DNA of 39,092 bases from Candidatus Micrarchaeota archaeon. Its GTDB lineage: Archaea > Micrarchaeota > Micrarchaeia > Micrarchaeales > CABMGC01. A model generated the notes under the pieces. It was not told the DNA's origin. It saw only the letters and a program-made list of their open reading frames with translations, and did not search any database. This document shows positions 35,598 to 39,092 of this stretch, in pieces. Made by a program: the position numbers and the translations under genes. The stretch's first letter is position 1. Every line of letters begins with the position of its first letter. The stretch covers positions 1 through 39,092 of the forward strand of contig JAJYXH010000075.1 of the NCBI GenBank assembly GCA_021791075.1. The letters are read 5' to 3'.

Positions 35598-36737
35598 ATG
35601 GATTTAAAGTACAAGGTGCTTGCCATAGCCGTTGTTGCGGTTATTGTGTCGACTGCTGTTTACATGCATCTCGGCAACAAGAGCCAAGTGCAGGGGACCA
35701 CTACCGCGTATCAGACAACGATCAATCAGCATCAGACCACGTCACCCCAGCCCACCGCGTCTTTGTCGGGCGCGAGATACGGCCAGCAGTTCTGCCTTGA
35801 TGCGTCATCAAATGCAATGGCTATGACTTACGCCGTGGAGAACGGGATAACCTGCTTCAGGGCTGACATAGGGCTCAACCAGGGCGAGATGAACTTCATA
35901 TCGAACGTGACCAAGGCCGGCGGAAGCTATCTTGGCATACTTGACTACGTGACACTAGGCGCGCAGACCTCTAGATACGGCTGCGCATCAAACTGCAACT
36001 GGAACCTGAGTACGTGGAATGCGACAGTGGCGCAGGCGCTTGCAGACTATCCCGAGGTCCGGCAGTGGGAGATCTACAACGAGCCCCTCATAAGGCAGTT
36101 TATGGGCGGTTACGAGAACGGGAGCGCGCTAAACTACTTCAACATGATAAGGAGCGCATCCGAGATAATAAGGAGCAGGGATCCAAATGCCACGATCGTC
36201 TGCTTTGGTGGCGCGCAGACCTTCCCGTTCAGCGTCATGCAGAACGAGTATCAGTTCTACGCGCAGGTCTGGAGCTACGGAGCATCCAAGTACTGCGACG
36301 CCATCTCGCTGCACTCATACATCCTTCCCTACCACAGCCTGAACCAGAGCCTCTCCGGCAATGCCACCATAACCGAGGAGCTGAACTACACCGTGAACCT
36401 CTACGAGAACCTGACGGGCAAGCCGATATGGATAACAGAGACCGGGCTTCCCTCCAACAGCAACTACACGCTTGGGCTGAACTTCACGGAGCAGGAGCAG
36501 AATACGTTCCTGCAGCAGGACATGGAATTCTACTCCTCGTATCCTTTCGTAAAGAGGATATACTGGTTCCATCTCGAGGGATCGGTTGCAAGGGGCCTGG
36601 ACTACGGGCTCCTGAATGGGACCACACTCCAGCCGAAACCATCGTGGTACTCGTTCCTCTCCTTCGTGAACCGCAGCGCCGTGAGATGGACGCTGGTCAG
36701 GGCTTCTGCACCACGACGCGAAGAGGCTCAATCCTAA
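35598..36737 (+). CDS. Membrane-anchored clan GH-A glycoside hydrolase (GH5/GH39-like)
   Basis: N-terminal TM, Thr/Gln linker, WEIYNEP (acid/base), DAISLHSY, KPIWITETG (nucleophile), YGLL…PKP. Confidence 0.85.
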   Translation: MDLKYKVLAIAVVAVIVSTAVYMHLGNKSQVQGTTTAYQTTINQHQTTSPQPTASLSGARYGQQFCLDASSNAMAMTYAVENGITCFRADIGLNQGEMNFISNVTKAGGSYLGILDYVTLGAQTSRYGCASNCNWNLSTWNATVAQALADYPEVRQWEIYNEPLIRQFMGGYENGSALNYFNMIRSASEIIRSRDPNATIVCFGGAQTFPFSVMQNEYQFYAQVWSYGASKYCDAISLHSYILPYHSLNQSLSGNATITEELNYTVNLYENLTGKPIWITETGLPSNSNYTLGLNFTEQEQNTFLQQDMEFYSSYPFVKRIYWFHLEGSVARGLDYGLLNGTTLQPKPSWYSFLSFVNRSAVRWTLVRASAPRREEAQS

Positions 36738-37083
36738 GTATCACCCTGTCGCCATGCTGCCTGTAGTCTGTGCCTATGTACTTGTGCGCCACCCTGTCTA
36801 TGTGCTCCTCGGCTCCCTTATCGGTGATCTCCACAACCCTTCCCCTGATGTAAACTGCATCGTAGGGGTCTTCAATGCTGTATACTGCGACAGCGACCCT
36901 GGGATCCCGTCCAACATTCCTTGTCTTGACCCTCCCCCTTGTCGTGTTTATCAGCACGTTGTCACCGTCGCGGTCGATCCACACCGTCGTTATCTGCGGC
37001 GATCCGTCCTTCATCAGCGTTGCAACATTCGCAAAGTTCTTTCCGTCTATCAGCTTCTTCGCCTTCTCTGGAAGCTCCACCAT
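36697..37083 (-). CDS. PPOX-class (pyridoxamine 5'-phosphate oxidase-like) flavin/F420-binding protein
   Basis: VATLMKDGSPQITTVW, KTRNVGRDPRVAV, HIDRVAHKY. Confidence 0.88.
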   Translation of the reverse strand: MVELPEKAKKLIDGKNFANVATLMKDGSPQITTVWIDRDGDNVLINTTRGRVKTRNVGRDPRVAVAVYSIEDPYDAVYIRGRVVEITDKGAEEHIDRVAHKYIGTDYRQHGDRVILRIEPLRVVVQKP

Positions 37084-37211
37084 GATATCACCATTATACA
37101 TATACATTATGCAATCCTCTATATAACTTCTGACCCGCGTCATTCCTCGGCTCAGCACCGCCATCGGTCTGTACTGGTGGTGGCTCTGCCAAAGTTTAAA
37201 TATGTGAGCGG

Positions 37212-37242
37212 GAAATTCCCATCCATTCATGGCGGGGATGAG
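37212..37242 (+). mobile_element. IS200/IS605-type left-end-like hairpin
   Basis: GAAATTCCCATCCA-TTCA-TGGCGGGGATGAG imperfect stem, same TTCA loop as the right end. Confidence 0.6.
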
Positions 37243-37319
37243 AGCGAACCGCAGCAAGCCGTAACTGTTAGCGTAGAGATATGCTCAACAGAATCTATAT
37301 GTGCATAAAGGCTCAGGAC

Positions 37320-38249
37320 CTACCACGACGCCTTCTTGGCCTTGTAGTACGCAAGGACGTACTCCGACATCATCGGGTCGGGATCTACTCCGAGCGCAGC
37401 CGCAACCCTGCTTATGGACTCAGCATCGATCCTGTGCTCTATGCCATAGAGATAGTAGAGCGAGATCAGGTAGATAACGGGGTTCTTGAAGCGCGGAGGC
37501 GTAATATCTGCGAGAGTCTTATCATCTGGAGTTATCCCTAATGAGGAGACCACCCTGCCTATGTTGTCCGGGGTCATAACCCTGCCGGTGAATGCAAGCA
37601 CGCCTATCGCGCCGATATACGGAAGCATCGACGGGCTCGCGGTGATCTTATCCGCGCACGCCTCGAGCGTGTTGTTGAGCTCCCTCGCGGCCAGCTCTGC
37701 CATTGAGTGCGAGAGGTCAAGCATCCCGAGGTAGAATCTCCTGAAGAACTTCCTGTCCGGCCCTTCCCTGTTTAGCTCCATGCCTACGTTCTCCGGAGGC
37801 CGTGAGCCGTACTCATGCGAGTACTCTATCACGTATCCGGCAATCCTCTGGTCCGGAGCCACCTCAAGGTTCCTCACCACTTCCACGACTCCGTTTATTC
37901 CTTCCGCCATGCCATTGAGCCTGAGGTACTGCAACGCCGTTATGTAGACGAGCTCGTTGGTGTAGTGCAGTTTGCCCAGTGCGTAGAGGAACTCCTGGTT
38001 CGGGTTTATTCCGACAGCAGCAAGCAGCCCCATTATTCCAGCATCGCCTATCTCCTTGCCAGAGAAGGCAAGGGCTCCGGCAGCGGCTATGTAGGGCGAC
38101 ATCCCCTTGTCGAGGTAGGCCGAGACCATGGGATTCTCCAGCGCGCGCAGTATCTCGCGGGTGACCATGCCTGTGCAGATCTCCATTCCTGTCCTTATCG
38201 AGTCAGCGACCATGCTGCTTAGCCTTTCTGTGCCAACGTTCTCTGCCAT
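37320..38249 (-). CDS. 309-aa protein with four tandem ribosomal aP1/L12 N-terminal-domain-like repeats
   Basis: Repeats PYIAAAGALAFSGKEIGDAGIMGLLAAVGINPN, VYITALQYLRLNG…VVEVVRNLEVAPD, PYIGAIGVLAFTGRVMTPDNIGRVVSSLGITPD, IYLISLYYLYGIEHRIDAESISRVAAALGVDPD; TTTTAAAC box about 25-30 nt upstream of ATG 38249. Confidence 0.7.
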   Translation of the reverse strand: MAENVGTERLSSMVADSIRTGMEICTGMVTREILRALENPMVSAYLDKGMSPYIAAAGALAFSGKEIGDAGIMGLLAAVGINPNQEFLYALGKLHYTNELVYITALQYLRLNGMAEGINGVVEVVRNLEVAPDQRIAGYVIEYSHEYGSRPPENVGMELNREGPDRKFFRRFYLGMLDLSHSMAELAARELNNTLEACADKITASPSMLPYIGAIGVLAFTGRVMTPDNIGRVVSSLGITPDDKTLADITPPRFKNPVIYLISLYYLYGIEHRIDAESISRVAAALGVDPDPMMSEYVLAYYKAKKASW

Positions 38250-38478
38250 ATCCAATATATCCGCATTCAGGTTTAAAATCAGATGCGAATGCATCCGCCC
38301 GGCATGCGCGGGGCTCATGACTCCTCCAAAGACGGGGAGACCAGCACAAGATCGTTTCTGCTTTGTCAATGACGGCTATGCCACCCAAGGTCGCCGTTGT
38401 ATTTTTCATGTGATCGATGAAAGACCGCCTTCGGCCCAGAAATGGTCTGCGTCAGTCTACGAGAGAAGTGGCGAAGTT

Positions 38479-38697
38479 AAGCTGAAAGGAATATCTGCAC
38501 GAAAGATATTCCAAATACATCCGGAATACAGAGAGGAAATGTTCCGCAAGGGAAGTTTCTGGAGTCCTGGGCATTTTTCAAGGAGTGTGAGTAACGTAAC
38601 TGCGGCCACTGTAGAAAGATATATCGACAGACATGAATGTCCAAAGCACATCTCCGATGGCACTGGACATCAGGGCAGAATGGGAAGGTTCATGTGA
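38479..38697 (+). pseudogene. tnpA: IS200/IS605 Y1 transposase, C-terminal half only
   Basis: LKGISARKIF…FWSPGHFSRSVS…VERYI (catalytic Tyr); the HUH-containing N-terminal half is absent. Confidence 0.85.
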
Positions 38698-38705
38698 TTG
38701 CAACC

Positions 38706-38737
38706 GAAGCCTCGGGCTTCAGCCAGAGGTAGTTCAC
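38706..38737 (+). mobile_element. IS200/IS605 right end (hairpin plus TCAC)
   Basis: GAAGCCTCGGGC-TTCA-GCCAGAGGTAGTTCAC directly after tnpA. Confidence 0.8.
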
Positions 38738-38913
38738 CCTTCCTTTATCTCAAGCTTTGACGCATCTGCCTTAAATCCCGCGCCCAAGTGTGCGCCGCTG
38801 CAGAATGGCTTCTTGGTTGAATGGCCGCATCTGCACAGGGCATAATCGACCTCGTCATTCCTCTTAACAAGCAGTGGTCCATCTTTGGTGAACTCTAATT
38901 CTATATTTGCCAT
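38734..38913 (-). CDS. CDGSH-type iron-sulfur domain protein
   Basis: DGPLLV…ALCRCGHSTKKPFCSGAH. Confidence 0.88.
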   Translation of the reverse strand: MANIELEFTKDGPLLVKRNDEVDYALCRCGHSTKKPFCSGAHLGAGFKADASKLEIKEG

Positions 38914-39092
38914 GGTCTCACACAAAGGTTTATGCATAATGATATTAAATACCTTCAGTTTATCTCGTGTGTGGGACATAAGTCAGCTCCTTCCAAGTAA
39001 AAGAAGGTTATGCCATACTCCCTTGCACATAACCGCAGTCGCAATCCTGTCGTCCCTCCTCTGCCACACCTGCCAACCGTTCGATTTCTTGT

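Noticed and set aside
38128..38478. N-terminal part of the 189-aa ORF as part of tnpA
   Set aside because: No HUH motif or transposase similarity before LKGISAR; overlaps the P1-repeat gene and its promoter
38960..39092. Gene end entering from the right edge
   Set aside because: All three minus frames are briefly open with no recognisable motif; the frame cannot be chosen
1..39092. CRISPR array, rRNA, integrase or att duplication of either tRNA
   Set aside because: None seen by eye in this window

Overview
Archaeal chromosomal segment, most consistent with an acidophilic DPANN (Micrarchaeota-like) genome. This is inferred from aIF5B with an intein, thermopsin, leaderless TATA promoters and overall gene style. 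Core content: tRNA-Thr(CGT), tRNA-Lys(TTT), infB/aIF5B with a LAGLIDADG intein, ndk, class II lysS, menA, mscL, and a complex I-like operon nuoABCDHIJKLN with no nuoEFG and no nuoM. The most notable accessory observations: (1) a cassette of a double-Lrp regulator, an EamA transporter with a C-terminal GAD-like domain and unannotated small ORFs, where the EamA and small-ORF promoters share a TTTACA-N14-TGTAA palindrome at identical spacing from their TATA boxes; (2) a 309-aa protein apparently made of four tandem ribosomal stalk aP1/L12 N-terminal domains with no acidic tail, lying between IS200/IS605-type ends; (3) an unannotated 45-aa, 13-Cys metallothionein-like ORF between nuoN and a DUF59 gene; (4) a double duplication that stacks two alternative gene cassettes between a beta-helix surface-protein gene and infB, joined at a 5-bp microhomology. 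Several pseudogene remnants are present (nucleoside hydrolase, PAP2, CYTH, thermopsin, tnpA). All family assignments are by eye from motifs; no database searches were run.
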